IMG/VR virus record: IMGVR_UViG_3300025133_000038
Location: 32,001 to 96,000 of that record
DNA: 64,000 nucleotides
Source of the DNA: a virus
Reading direction: 5' to 3' (one strand)
Under the pieces are notes generated by a model. That model ran no database searches, had not been told where the DNA came from, and saw nothing but the letters and a program-made list of their open reading frames with translations. The position numbers were made by a program, and so were the translations under genes. Position 1 is the first letter of the stretch. Each line of letters begins with the position of its first letter. Below are positions 16,062 through 23,717 of this stretch, piece after piece.

Positions 16062-16433
16062 ATGGCTGGTACATTTACCCTTACTCTGTATGGTACGTTA
16101 GTCAACGGAGAACACACTGAGACATTTGGTACTTCCTCTAAGTCAAGTATTGTTCAGACTGGTCAGGGAGTTCAGGGTTCAACCGTTGCGGTTGGCACTT
16201 CTGAAGAGGTTATGGTCACTGGTGATATTACTACAGAAGGTATCATATATTTGAAGAATCTTGATTCTGTAAACTACGTTACGTATGGTCCTGAAAATGC
16301 TGGCTCCCTAGTTAATTTTGGTAGGATTGCTGCTGGTGAGGAGGCTTGGCTTAGACTTGAGCCAGGAATCACATTTAGGTGGATTGCTAATACTGCTGAA
16401 GTTAAAGTTTTAATGAAATTGTTTGAGGACTAA
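16062..16433 (+). CDS. beta-rich hypothetical protein, possibly virion-associated
   Basis: G/T/S/V-rich; IYLKNLDS.NYV motif. Confidence 0.7.
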   Translation: MAGTFTLTLYGTLVNGEHTETFGTSSKSSIVQTGQGVQGSTVAVGTSEEVMVTGDITTEGIIYLKNLDSVNYVTYGPENAGSLVNFGRIAAGEEAWLRLEPGITFRWIANTAEVKVLMKLFED

Positions 16434-16444
16434 GGTTCTCTTTT

Positions 16445-16513
16445 GCTTCTGGTTACTGGTGTACGTCGCTGTCTTGTAAACAGCTAACCTCCGTTCGATT
16501 CGGAGTAGAAGCT
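16445..16513 (+). tRNA. tRNA-Thr(TGT), compact D-arm
   Basis: Acceptor GCTTCTG/TAGAAGC, anticodon arm GCTGT-CTTGTAA-ACAGC, T-arm CTCCG-TTCGATT-CGGAG. Confidence 0.85.
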
Positions 16514-16515
16514 CT

Positions 16516-16627
16516 TGCGGGTGGTAGGTCGGTTGAATCACTAAACTAAGAAAATGTCTAGTGGGTTCTTAATCTTGCTAAGCCTCATAAGCTAAGTATA
16601 AGCAGGTTCGACTCCTGTACTCCGCTA
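16516..16627 (+). tRNA. tRNA(CAT)-like gene with ~35-nt D-loop insertion
   Basis: GCGG/CCGC acceptor core, loop CT-CAT-AA, T-arm GCAGG-TTCGACT-CCTGT; 112 nt. Confidence 0.65.
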
Positions 16628-16629
16628 CT

Positions 16630-17204
16630 TGTCCCACTGTCATCGGGACACAAAACTAGTTTACCCTTTCGGAATGACGGGTGATTAGACTGCTTGCAGT
16701 ATAGATGAAAGGTCGTTCTAAACTTCCTCTTCCATGAGGGAGAATAGAGCATGGAGACTAGAGGATAAAACCTGTGGCAGGGTAGAAACCTCTCAGTAGC
16801 TAGACGGTAAGAGTGAGGGTGCCATCCCTTATGTCTGCTGAAAGGAACGATAGTTTTTGGGTGTTTTCCTGATGTACGTCATCGGTTCATAGCAAATGAA
16901 TCTGGGAAATAAAATACCATAGCAGTAGGAGGAAGTGCCTACGGTTGTTGGCGAAAGCTGATGATGCTGCTCGAAAGAGGTAAGCTAGACGGACTTCCCA
17001 GGTCTTGAAGGTTTACGAATGAAGGGTGTGGTGGCTGCAACCACTATGTTTTAAATCCAGAACTTCTACTGCTAATTCAGCGTGCTGTTGCGTGGGTGAG
17101 AACTCAACAACAGGGGTGAAGTTTGCGAAGGCTGTTATAGGTCGTGTAGTACTCCGAGAGGAGGTCACAAACTGAGAACATAAACTGCTAAAGTTCTCTT
17201 TTTT
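16630..17204 (+). ncRNA. large ornate non-coding RNA (~570 nt; GOLLD/ROOL-like context)
   Basis: ORF-free on the plus strand between two tRNAs; many GNRA hairpins, long-range helices, 5' pseudoknot, U-tailed 3' hairpin. Confidence 0.75.
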
Positions 17205-17206
17205 AT

Positions 17207-17277
17207 ACCAGTGTCCCAAGGTCAGGGAGTGTGCTTTCATAAGGCATTACGCTGAGGTTCGAGTCCTCTCACTGGTA
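17207..17277 (+). tRNA. tRNA-Met/Ile2(CAT), shifted D-arm
   Basis: Acceptor ACCAGTG/CACTGGT, anticodon arm GTGCT-TTCATAA-GGCAT, T-loop TTCGAGT. Confidence 0.82.
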
Positions 17278-17284
17278 CTTATAT

Positions 17285-17376
17285 GAGGGGACGGTACAAA
17301 TGGCTGTCAGCAGAAGCTAGACTCAAGCGGGCTGTGGTATGCGTCGTGCAAGGGTCATTCCCCGCAACCCTCTCCA
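17285..17376 (+). ncRNA. aberrant tRNA-like element ending in CCA
   Basis: GAGGG/CTCTC closing stem, 6-bp GACGGT/GCTGTC arm, degenerate T-arm GGG-TCATTC-CCC. Confidence 0.4.
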
Positions 17377-17377
17377 T

Positions 17378-17448
17378 TGGTCATTAGTGTAATGGTAGCA
17401 CTAGAGACTCTGAATCTCTCAGTCTAGGTCCGAATCCTAGATGACCAG
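17378..17448 (+). tRNA. tRNA-Gln(CTG)
   Basis: Acceptor TGGTCAT/ATGACCA, anticodon arm AGAGA-CTCTGAA-TCTCT; T-loop TCCGAAT. Confidence 0.93.
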
Positions 17449-17465
17449 CTTAAAGGACAAAAACT

Positions 17466-18119
17466 ATGGACGAAGTAATACTGATGCACCCCATGAAGAC
17501 CGGGGGGCGCACACTGATAGTTAAACTCAGGAAGCATGGAATGTTATATGCTGATGGACTATTAGCTCACGATACACTTAAAGAAGTTGTGGGAAGAGTT
17601 GGTGGATATGATTCGTTTGTATCCCGCACCTCCCTCATGGTGGCAAGAAACCCCTACTCAAGGTTGGCTTCTTTCCATCGCTTCTGCGCGAGGCTACCTA
17701 AGTCTCATGCTTACGAGTATTGTCTTACTTCATTTGAAGATTTTGTCTTAGAGCATAAAGATATATTAACAACACTATGTACTCCCCAACATAAATACTT
17801 TATGTATGAGGGTAAGTGTATAGTAAATTACATAGCAAAGTTTGAGAAGTATGGACCAGAAGTAACGTGGTTCTTAAGAAGCATTGGGATTAATGACCCA
17901 ATTAAGACAGATAACTTTCGTATGTGGAAGGAGAAGTATACTCCTGAGACACAACGTATTGTTTATGAGGCTTTTGAACAAGATTTTAACCTGCTCGACT
18001 ATGAGTTTGAGATTGATGAGGAAGAGGTTAGGTTTAAGCCTGTAAGGTCTCTACCTAATATTCAGGATGAGTTGAAGTTGCTCTATCCTAAGAAGCATTG
18101 GTTCTTTTGGACAAAGTAA
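17466..18119 (+). CDS. sulfotransferase (family 2)
   Basis: 5'-PSB HPMKTGGRT, 3'-PB RNPYSRLASF, PQ..Y, DF.LL.Y. Confidence 0.85.
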   Translation: MDEVILMHPMKTGGRTLIVKLRKHGMLYADGLLAHDTLKEVVGRVGGYDSFVSRTSLMVARNPYSRLASFHRFCARLPKSHAYEYCLTSFEDFVLEHKDILTTLCTPQHKYFMYEGKCIVNYIAKFEKYGPEVTWFLRSIGINDPIKTDNFRMWKEKYTPETQRIVYEAFEQDFNLLDYEFEIDEEEVRFKPVRSLPNIQDELKLLYPKKHWFFWTK

Positions 18120-18126
18120 TTAATAT

Positions 18127-18200
18127 GGACTATGGCTCCTCTGGTTGGGGAGGCCGCTCTTATAAGGCGGATGTGCGGGGTTCGATTCTCCGATAGTCTA
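18127..18200 (+). tRNA. tRNA-Ile(TAT)
   Basis: Acceptor GGACTAT/ATAGTCT, anticodon arm CCGCT-CTTATAA-GGCGG, T-loop TTCGATT. Confidence 0.85.
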
Positions 18201-18216
18201 CTGAGTTTGATAGTAT

Positions 18217-18397
18217 GGGTTATGTGTCGCATGGCGAATAAACTATACCTACAAGCTCTTGCGTTCGCCCTCTCTGGTAAGGGGCTGAGTCGAGGGTTGC
18301 CATGCAAGCAACTGATACAGACTCCTTGACTGTGACCAGCACAGGACATGACGCTTCTAAACGGTATGGAGATGACTTACGAAGTTTGAGGGTTGGT
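18217..18397 (+). ncRNA. putative structured RNA between tRNA-Ile and tRNA-Gln
   Basis: Rod with GCATGGCGA/TTGCCATGC and flanking helices, then a second domain with CTGTG/CACAG. Confidence 0.55.
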
Positions 18398-18408
18398 GGT
18401 GGGAACAT

Positions 18409-18476
18409 AGCGGTGATACTGGTGTATACGGGAGGCTTTGAACTTCCTAGGCTTAGTCCGATTCTAAGTGCCGCTG
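18409..18476 (+). tRNA. tRNA-Gln(TTG), compact D-arm
   Basis: Acceptor AGCGGTG/TGCCGCT, anticodon arm GGAGG-CTTTGAA-CTTCC; 68 nt. Confidence 0.82.
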
Positions 18477-18501
18477 CTTTTTTGATTCAAGAGTAAAGAT
18501 T

Positions 18502-18729
18502 ATGGATTTATTAACTTACTATGGGGTGGACTGGCTTGCTGAAGCACTGGTCCTTATTGGATATGCTCTTATAGTATACAAATCCCGCAACGGTTGGTTA
18601 GTGTCTGCTACTGGCAGCCTAACCTTCGTTGCATTCGGATTTATGTCTGGTAGCATCGCAGTGATACTATCAAGCCTGGTATTCCTAGCATTAAACATAC
18701 TAGGATACAAGAACGGTAAGCCTGATTAG
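18502..18729 (+). CDS. small 3-TM protein, PnuC-like fragment
   Basis: DW....L.G..L...K.R.GW....N..GY.N pattern. Confidence 0.6.
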   Translation: MDLLTYYGVDWLAEALVLIGYALIVYKSRNGWLVSATGSLTFVAFGFMSGSIAVILSSLVFLALNILGYKNGKPD

Positions 18730-18791
18730 TATAGCGGTTATTATTTAACTTTGGTATAGTTAAGAGGACAGTTCGACTCTGTCATTAGGCT
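18720..18791 (+). tRNA. tRNA-Thr(GGT)
   Basis: Acceptor GCCTGAT/ATTAGGC, anticodon arm TAACT-TTGGTAT-AGTTA. Confidence 0.9.
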
Positions 18792-18793
18792 CT

Positions 18794-19552
18794 ATGATTA
18801 AACAATATATATGCCCTAAATGTTATATCGAGTGGGGCAGACCAACAAAAAAACAACAAACAAATCTTTTGTGCAGGGATAAGTGTAATCCTGTTGACAA
18901 AAGTAATCCTGTTGACAAAAGTAATCCTGTTGGTAAGAAACAACAACCAAAAGTAGTAAAGAAGTTAGAGCCTATAGATGCTTTCTTCTTACATCCTGCT
19001 AAGACAGGTGGTACTGCCATAAAGGCTGCTGTAAAACAAACTAATATGAACTGGGGATGGCCTAAAAAACCAGGGTTTGCTAAGTGTTGTTCTTCGACGC
19101 ATTCCAAAACAGAAGAACTTTTTAATAGAAATATTCTTTCAAAGGATATGTTTATAGTAACCTCAATAAGAGACCCTTGGGAAAGATGTGTTTCTTATTA
19201 TTATTTTTGTCAAAGAACTAAACAGGGTGGAGCTAGAAACATGGGATTTAAACCCTTCTGTTTAAATGTCATACCTGATTATAAAAGATTTAAGCATATG
19301 TTTCCCTGTTGGGAGTATGCTCAGTATGCTGATGCTACAATAGACTTTAATCATATGCAAAGAGATTTTGATTCTGTTTGTAAAAAATTAAATAAAGAGA
19401 GTATTACTATACCAATAGTTCAAAAGATGGTTACTAATTATGAAAAACCTTATCTTGATAATTACGACCAAGAAACATTAGACTTTGTTGAGGAAATGTT
19501 TATGGATGACATTGTTCATCTAGGCTATAGGAAACCAACGCTTGAGGAATAA
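18794..19552 (+). CDS. sulfotransferase (family 2) with N-terminal Zn-binding extension
   Basis: HPAKTGGTAI, RDPWERCVSYY, DDI..LGY. Confidence 0.85.
   Translation: MIKQYICPKCYIEWGRPTKKQQTNLLCRDKCNPVDKSNPVDKSNPVGKKQQPKVVKKLEPIDAFFLHPAKTGGTAIKAAVKQTNMNWGWPKKPGFAKCCSSTHSKTEELFNRNILSKDMFIVTSIRDPWERCVSYYYFCQRTKQGGARNMGFKPFCLNVIPDYKRFKHMFPCWEYAQYADATIDFNHMQRDFDSVCKKLNKESITIPIVQKMVTNYEKPYLDNYDQETLDFVEEMFMDDIVHLGYRKPTLEE
18885..18938 (+). repeat. 18-bp in-frame tandem repeat x3
   Basis: GTAATCCTGTTGACAAAA twice plus one variant copy, encoding NPVDKS. Confidence 0.9.
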
Positions 19553-19726
19553 ATTATGATGTTCAGCCCACCTATTTTGAGTAATCAAATACTAGATAGT
19601 ATTCATCCCCCTATCTTATTAGAAAATGAAAGTAAGACAGAATTTCCTTTGGATTTTTTACTCTCTCATAGTGAACAACTAAAGAAAGAACTGCGGTTGC
19701 TCTTAGAGAAAAACGATACAATACCT

Positions 19727-19810
19727 GGAAGATAAGCGAATGGTTAGCAGACTCCTTGGAAAGGAGTTGCCCTGAAATACGGGTTGCGGGTTCGAGCCCC
19801 GTGTCTTCCG
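19727..19810 (+). tRNA. tRNA-Ser(GGA)
   Basis: Acceptor GGAAGAT/GTCTTCC, anticodon arm ACTCC-TTGGAAA-GGAGT, variable arm. Confidence 0.92.
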
Positions 19811-19837
19811 CTTAGTGGACCTGCAATTTCACTACAC

Positions 19838-19869
19838 AGCTCACGTACATATGTGCGTGGGCTTTTTTT
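19838..19869 (+). terminator. intrinsic terminator closing the tRNA island
   Basis: AGCTCACGTACA-TA-TGTGCGTGGGCT followed by a T-run. Confidence 0.8.
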
Positions 19870-19898
19870 ACACACCTACAGAAACAAAGAGAGATACT

Positions 19899-20384
19899 AT
19901 GCTAGACTTACAATTTAAAAGACTGGACGATGCTGCTACACTACCAACCAAATCAAATCCTAAGGATATGGGCTGGGATATTTATGTTGTTGCCGATGTT
20001 AGTTTTCGTAGTCTTCCAGTAAGTGGGTGCGGCCCTAATTGCACCAGCTACATTAAGACAAAAACCCTTATGCCAGGACAATCACATAAGTTTAAGACAG
20101 GTATCGCCTGTGCTATCCCAGACGGATATGGTATGATGTTCTGGGATAGGAGTGGTCTTGGGTCGAAGGGCGTTCATAGATTAGCTGGGGTTATTGACTG
20201 TACTTATCGGGGTGAATGGCAGATTTGTTTAACCAACCTGGGCGGTAGGGCTATTAAAATTACAGAGGGCGACCGCATCGTACAGGGTGTTCTTCAACAG
20301 ATGGTTGAGGCTGAGGCTCGCTGGGTTGATGAGTTGGATGAGACTGAGCGCGGCGAAGGTGGATTTGGTTCAACAGGAGCATAA
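19899..20384 (+). CDS. dut: trimeric dUTPase
   Basis: GWDI, RSG, GVID..YRGE, GDRI.Q, RGEGGFGSTG. Confidence 0.95.
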   Translation: MLDLQFKRLDDAATLPTKSNPKDMGWDIYVVADVSFRSLPVSGCGPNCTSYIKTKTLMPGQSHKFKTGIACAIPDGYGMMFWDRSGLGSKGVHRLAGVIDCTYRGEWQICLTNLGGRAIKITEGDRIVQGVLQQMVEAEARWVDELDETERGEGGFGSTGA

Positions 20385-20385
20385 G

Positions 20386-21114
20386 ATGAAAAATACAGTG
20401 ATTATTTTGGGAGCCTCTTATAGATGTGGCTCCACCTTTGTCCAGAGACTATTAAATTCGATTCCAGATGTGTTAATCCTAGGTGAGGAAAACATGGTTC
20501 TACCTAGCTCAGGGAAAAGTATATCTTCCTCATTGAGGAACGAAGAGGGGGCTAAGGAGCAGAAAGAAAAGGTCTTGGGTGGTGAGGATTGCTGGCAAGC
20601 TAATCTTGGTATGGAACCAGAGTCAGTAAGCAGAGCAGCAGGGGCATATTACTATCAGTGGTTTATGGATTCCTATAAGAGTATGGGGTATGAAAAATCT
20701 CCAAGCACTATGGGTTTTAAGAGTTTATTTGCAACAAGAGATACTCTTGGCGGGGCAATAAATATCTTTAAAAACCCGTATATTATCTTTTTACACAGAA
20801 ACCTTAGGGATTCTTTTGCTTCATATAGTAAGTGTTCATGGAAAGGGTATAACTTTAGAGAGTTTTGTGGTATGTGGCAAGATTCTATGGCTTTAATGAC
20901 AAGTCCCTACGATGATATTCTTAGTTCGCGAGTCAAATATGAAGACATTAAAGACTTTGGGTGGCTTAAAGATATGGAAGACAAACTTGGCCTAGATATT
21001 GACTGGGATAAAATAGATAAGGTGGCAAGTTCTAAAATTAGAAACGCTAAGCCTGAGCAAGACGTAGAGCTTGACGAGAAAGATAAGATTGTACTGGAGA
21101 ATCTATGCCCTTAA
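20386..21114 (+). CDS. sulfotransferase (P-loop, family 3-like)
   Basis: ILGASYRCGSTFVQRLLNS, GE, GFK, HRNLRD..AS, VKYED. Confidence 0.8.
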   Translation: MKNTVIILGASYRCGSTFVQRLLNSIPDVLILGEENMVLPSSGKSISSSLRNEEGAKEQKEKVLGGEDCWQANLGMEPESVSRAAGAYYYQWFMDSYKSMGYEKSPSTMGFKSLFATRDTLGGAINIFKNPYIIFLHRNLRDSFASYSKCSWKGYNFREFCGMWQDSMALMTSPYDDILSSRVKYEDIKDFGWLKDMEDKLGLDIDWDKIDKVASSKIRNAKPEQDVELDEKDKIVLENLCP

Positions 21115-21373
21115 ATTTAAATTCTTTCTCATGTGGGTGTTGGGAATCTCTTGATGAGAATGATACAGTCGTCGATAAAGGGTGCTGTTTGAGACATGAA
21201 ATAGAGATGCTTTTGGAGGATAATCGTGACAAAATGCACAGTGTGTAAGGTTCCTGTTGCAAAGTACTGCACTCATTGCAGCAAATGCATGGATACTTTA
21301 GAGGTCCAAGACTGGAGAACATACGAAGGGACTCTTCTAAGAAGAGAGATTAAAGAACTATTGGAGACTAACG

Positions 21374-22450
21374 ATGGAAGAAAATGAAAATAAAACAATG
21401 AGCTTCATGGGAGCTAGGCAACCAACGGGTTATGGGATTGCTGGAACGAGTGTAGCCTGTGCCTTTCATAATCTCGGTCACAAAATTACCTTCCATGATA
21501 TAGCTGGACAAGCCGTTTATTATAACAGCCATAAAGAGCAATTAATACTAGAAGAGATAGTCAACCAGGGTGTTATGTTTAATTATGACGCTCCGTGCGT
21601 TAAAATGTGGCACCAGTTCAATATGGATAAGTGGATTGGTAGAGGTAAGAAGATTGGCTGGCCCATCTTTGAGCTAGATAGTTTTAACGAGGTTGAAATG
21701 CATCACCTTGCTTTCCCTGATGAACTAATAGTCTGTTCACAGTGGGCAGCCGACATAATCGAGGCTGAGCTTAAGCGTAAGGCACACGTAGTCCCTCTTG
21801 GTGTAGACCCCTCAGTATTTTATCCTGGAGAAAAAGAGCGAGACGACAGTAAACCATTCACCTTCTTAAATATGGGTAAGTGGGAAGTCCGTAAGGGACA
21901 CGATGTATTAGCCGACATATATAATATGGCCTTCCGCAAGGATGACAATGTTAAGTTGGTGGTACACGCCCCTTTTGCAGCGTCTGAAAAAGAAAGACAA
22001 GACTGGATTTCTTACTACAAGAACACTAAGATGGGGGACTCTATTGAGTTCTTACAAAGAAAACTCCCAACTCATAAAGAGGTGGCTCAGTGTATGAGGG
22101 AGCATGACTGCGGTATCTTCCCTGCCAGAGCCGAAGGTTGGAATATGGAGTTGCTAGAGATGATGGCTGTCGGTAAGCCTGTCATCGCCCTTAATGCTAG
22201 TGCCCAAACTCAGTACTGCACTGAGGATAACTGCCGTCTAGTTGACTTTGAGGAGCTAGAGCCAGCAGTAGACGGTATTTGGTTCCACGGTCAAGGTTCA
22301 TGGCCTAAGATTGATACCAAGCAGATGCAGGATATGGCAGACCATATGCGTGCTGTGTATGAGAACTGGCAGTTTAACGAAGCTGGTGTTCAGACTGGTC
22401 AAGCCTTTTCTTGGGAAAATTCAGCGAAAATACTTGCCGAAATTTTGTAG
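21374..22450 (+). CDS. GT4-family (GT-B) glycosyltransferase
   Basis: TGYG, VPLGVD, GKWE.RKG.D, EGWNMELLEMMA.GKP, FSWEN. Confidence 0.9.
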   Translation: MEENENKTMSFMGARQPTGYGIAGTSVACAFHNLGHKITFHDIAGQAVYYNSHKEQLILEEIVNQGVMFNYDAPCVKMWHQFNMDKWIGRGKKIGWPIFELDSFNEVEMHHLAFPDELIVCSQWAADIIEAELKRKAHVVPLGVDPSVFYPGEKERDDSKPFTFLNMGKWEVRKGHDVLADIYNMAFRKDDNVKLVVHAPFAASEKERQDWISYYKNTKMGDSIEFLQRKLPTHKEVAQCMREHDCGIFPARAEGWNMELLEMMAVGKPVIALNASAQTQYCTEDNCRLVDFEELEPAVDGIWFHGQGSWPKIDTKQMQDMADHMRAVYENWQFNEAGVQTGQAFSWENSAKILAEIL

Positions 22451-22457
22451 GTAGCTC

Positions 22458-22485
22458 TTGACAAATGCCAGCTATCCCCTATAAT
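22458..22485 (+). promoter_or_regulatory. sigma70-type promoter
   Basis: TTGACA-N16-TATAAT. Confidence 0.85.
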
Positions 22486-22520
22486 TTAGGAAACAACCGA
22501 GTTCTTTTGGAGATTGAATA

Positions 22521-23717
22521 ATGAATGGTATTGCGATGGCAAGAAAGTTTTCCCCTCTTTATAAGATTGATAGTAAGGGGAAGGTTAGGGTTTGGGAAAT
22601 TAGTATTTCTGATGGAGTAGGTCTCTATCCTCAGTATATTATTCGTCATGGGGTTCATGGGGGCAAAATGGTGAAGACATCAACCGACATTAAGGTTGGT
22701 AAGAATATTGGTCGTGCTAATGAGACAACAGCAGCAGAGCAATGTTCGATGGAGGCACAATCTTTGTGGAACAAGCAGCTAAACCGTAAGGGTTATAGTC
22801 AGGCTATCCCTTCATCTGGTACGATTCAAAAGTTTAGTCCAATGCTAGCTAAATCATACAACAAACCTGGGACTGACCTAACAGACTTGAAAGACGGTCA
22901 TCATATTGGATACCCTTGTCTCTATCAACCTAAACTAGATGGTATCCGCTGCATAGCTAGTACCGATGTTCATTCTAATGGTGCATATAGTATCTACCTT
23001 AAGTCAAGACAGAATAAGGTATTTTACTCTCTTCCTCATATCTGTGATGAAATTCAAAACATGAAATACTTTCAGGTTACTGGCTCAAAACTCTATCTGG
23101 ATGGAGAACTCTATGTCCACGGCGATGAGTTTCAAGACCTAGTCTCTGCAATTAAGAGAGATAAGCCTAGTGAGGATAGCCCTAAGGTTCAATACCACAT
23201 CTACGATGTCTACGATAGAGATAATCCTGACTGGCCCTGTGATGAGCGAATGAAGTGGCTGGAGCAAAATCTTGTCACCAGCGACACAATCAAACTTGTC
23301 AAAGCAGAGACCCTTAACAATGCTAGTGAGGTTCGCACCCAACTAGACGCTCAGATTAAGCTGGGTTATGAAGGTATTATGCTTCGCAACACAGATGGTG
23401 TCTACAAGGCGAGAGGTCGAAGCAAAGACCTACAGAAGGTCAAGCTGTTCATCGACGAGGAGTTTGAGATTGTAGACGCTAAGGAAAACAAAGGTAAGAT
23501 GGCAGGTCAATGCACCTTCATCTGTAAAACTAAAGACGGACACACCTTCGGGGTTAAACCAGAGGGTACTGATGCAGTAAGAAAACAGTATTGGGTGGAC
23601 TGGCAGGCTGGCACTCTGATGGGCAAAATGCTCACAGTACGCTTCTTTGCCTGGACCACAAGTAAGAAGAGTGTACCAAGATTCCCAGTGGGAATTGCCA
23701 TAAGGGATTATGAGTGA
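22521..23717 (+). CDS. ATP-dependent DNA ligase
   Basis: PMLA, QPKLDGIRC, DGELY, YEGIMLR, RS.DLQKVK, PRFP. Confidence 0.95.
   Translation: MNGIAMARKFSPLYKIDSKGKVRVWEISISDGVGLYPQYIIRHGVHGGKMVKTSTDIKVGKNIGRANETTAAEQCSMEAQSLWNKQLNRKGYSQAIPSSGTIQKFSPMLAKSYNKPGTDLTDLKDGHHIGYPCLYQPKLDGIRCIASTDVHSNGAYSIYLKSRQNKVFYSLPHICDEIQNMKYFQVTGSKLYLDGELYVHGDEFQDLVSAIKRDKPSEDSPKVQYHIYDVYDRDNPDWPCDERMKWLEQNLVTSDTIKLVKAETLNNASEVRTQLDAQIKLGYEGIMLRNTDGVYKARGRSKDLQKVKLFIDEEFEIVDAKENKGKMAGQCTFICKTKDGHTFGVKPEGTDAVRKQYWVDWQAGTLMGKMLTVRFFAWTTSKKSVPRFPVGIAIRDYE

Noticed and set aside
16630-17204. RNase P RNA, tmRNA or group I intron
   Set aside because: No GAGGAAAGTCC P4 signature, no tRNA-Ala-like ends with a tag ORF, no recognisable intron core and no interrupted exon
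18132-18496. ORFs 18132-18329 and 18302-18496 (also 15907-16101)
   Set aside because: They overlap tRNA genes and structured RNA and have no protein-like features
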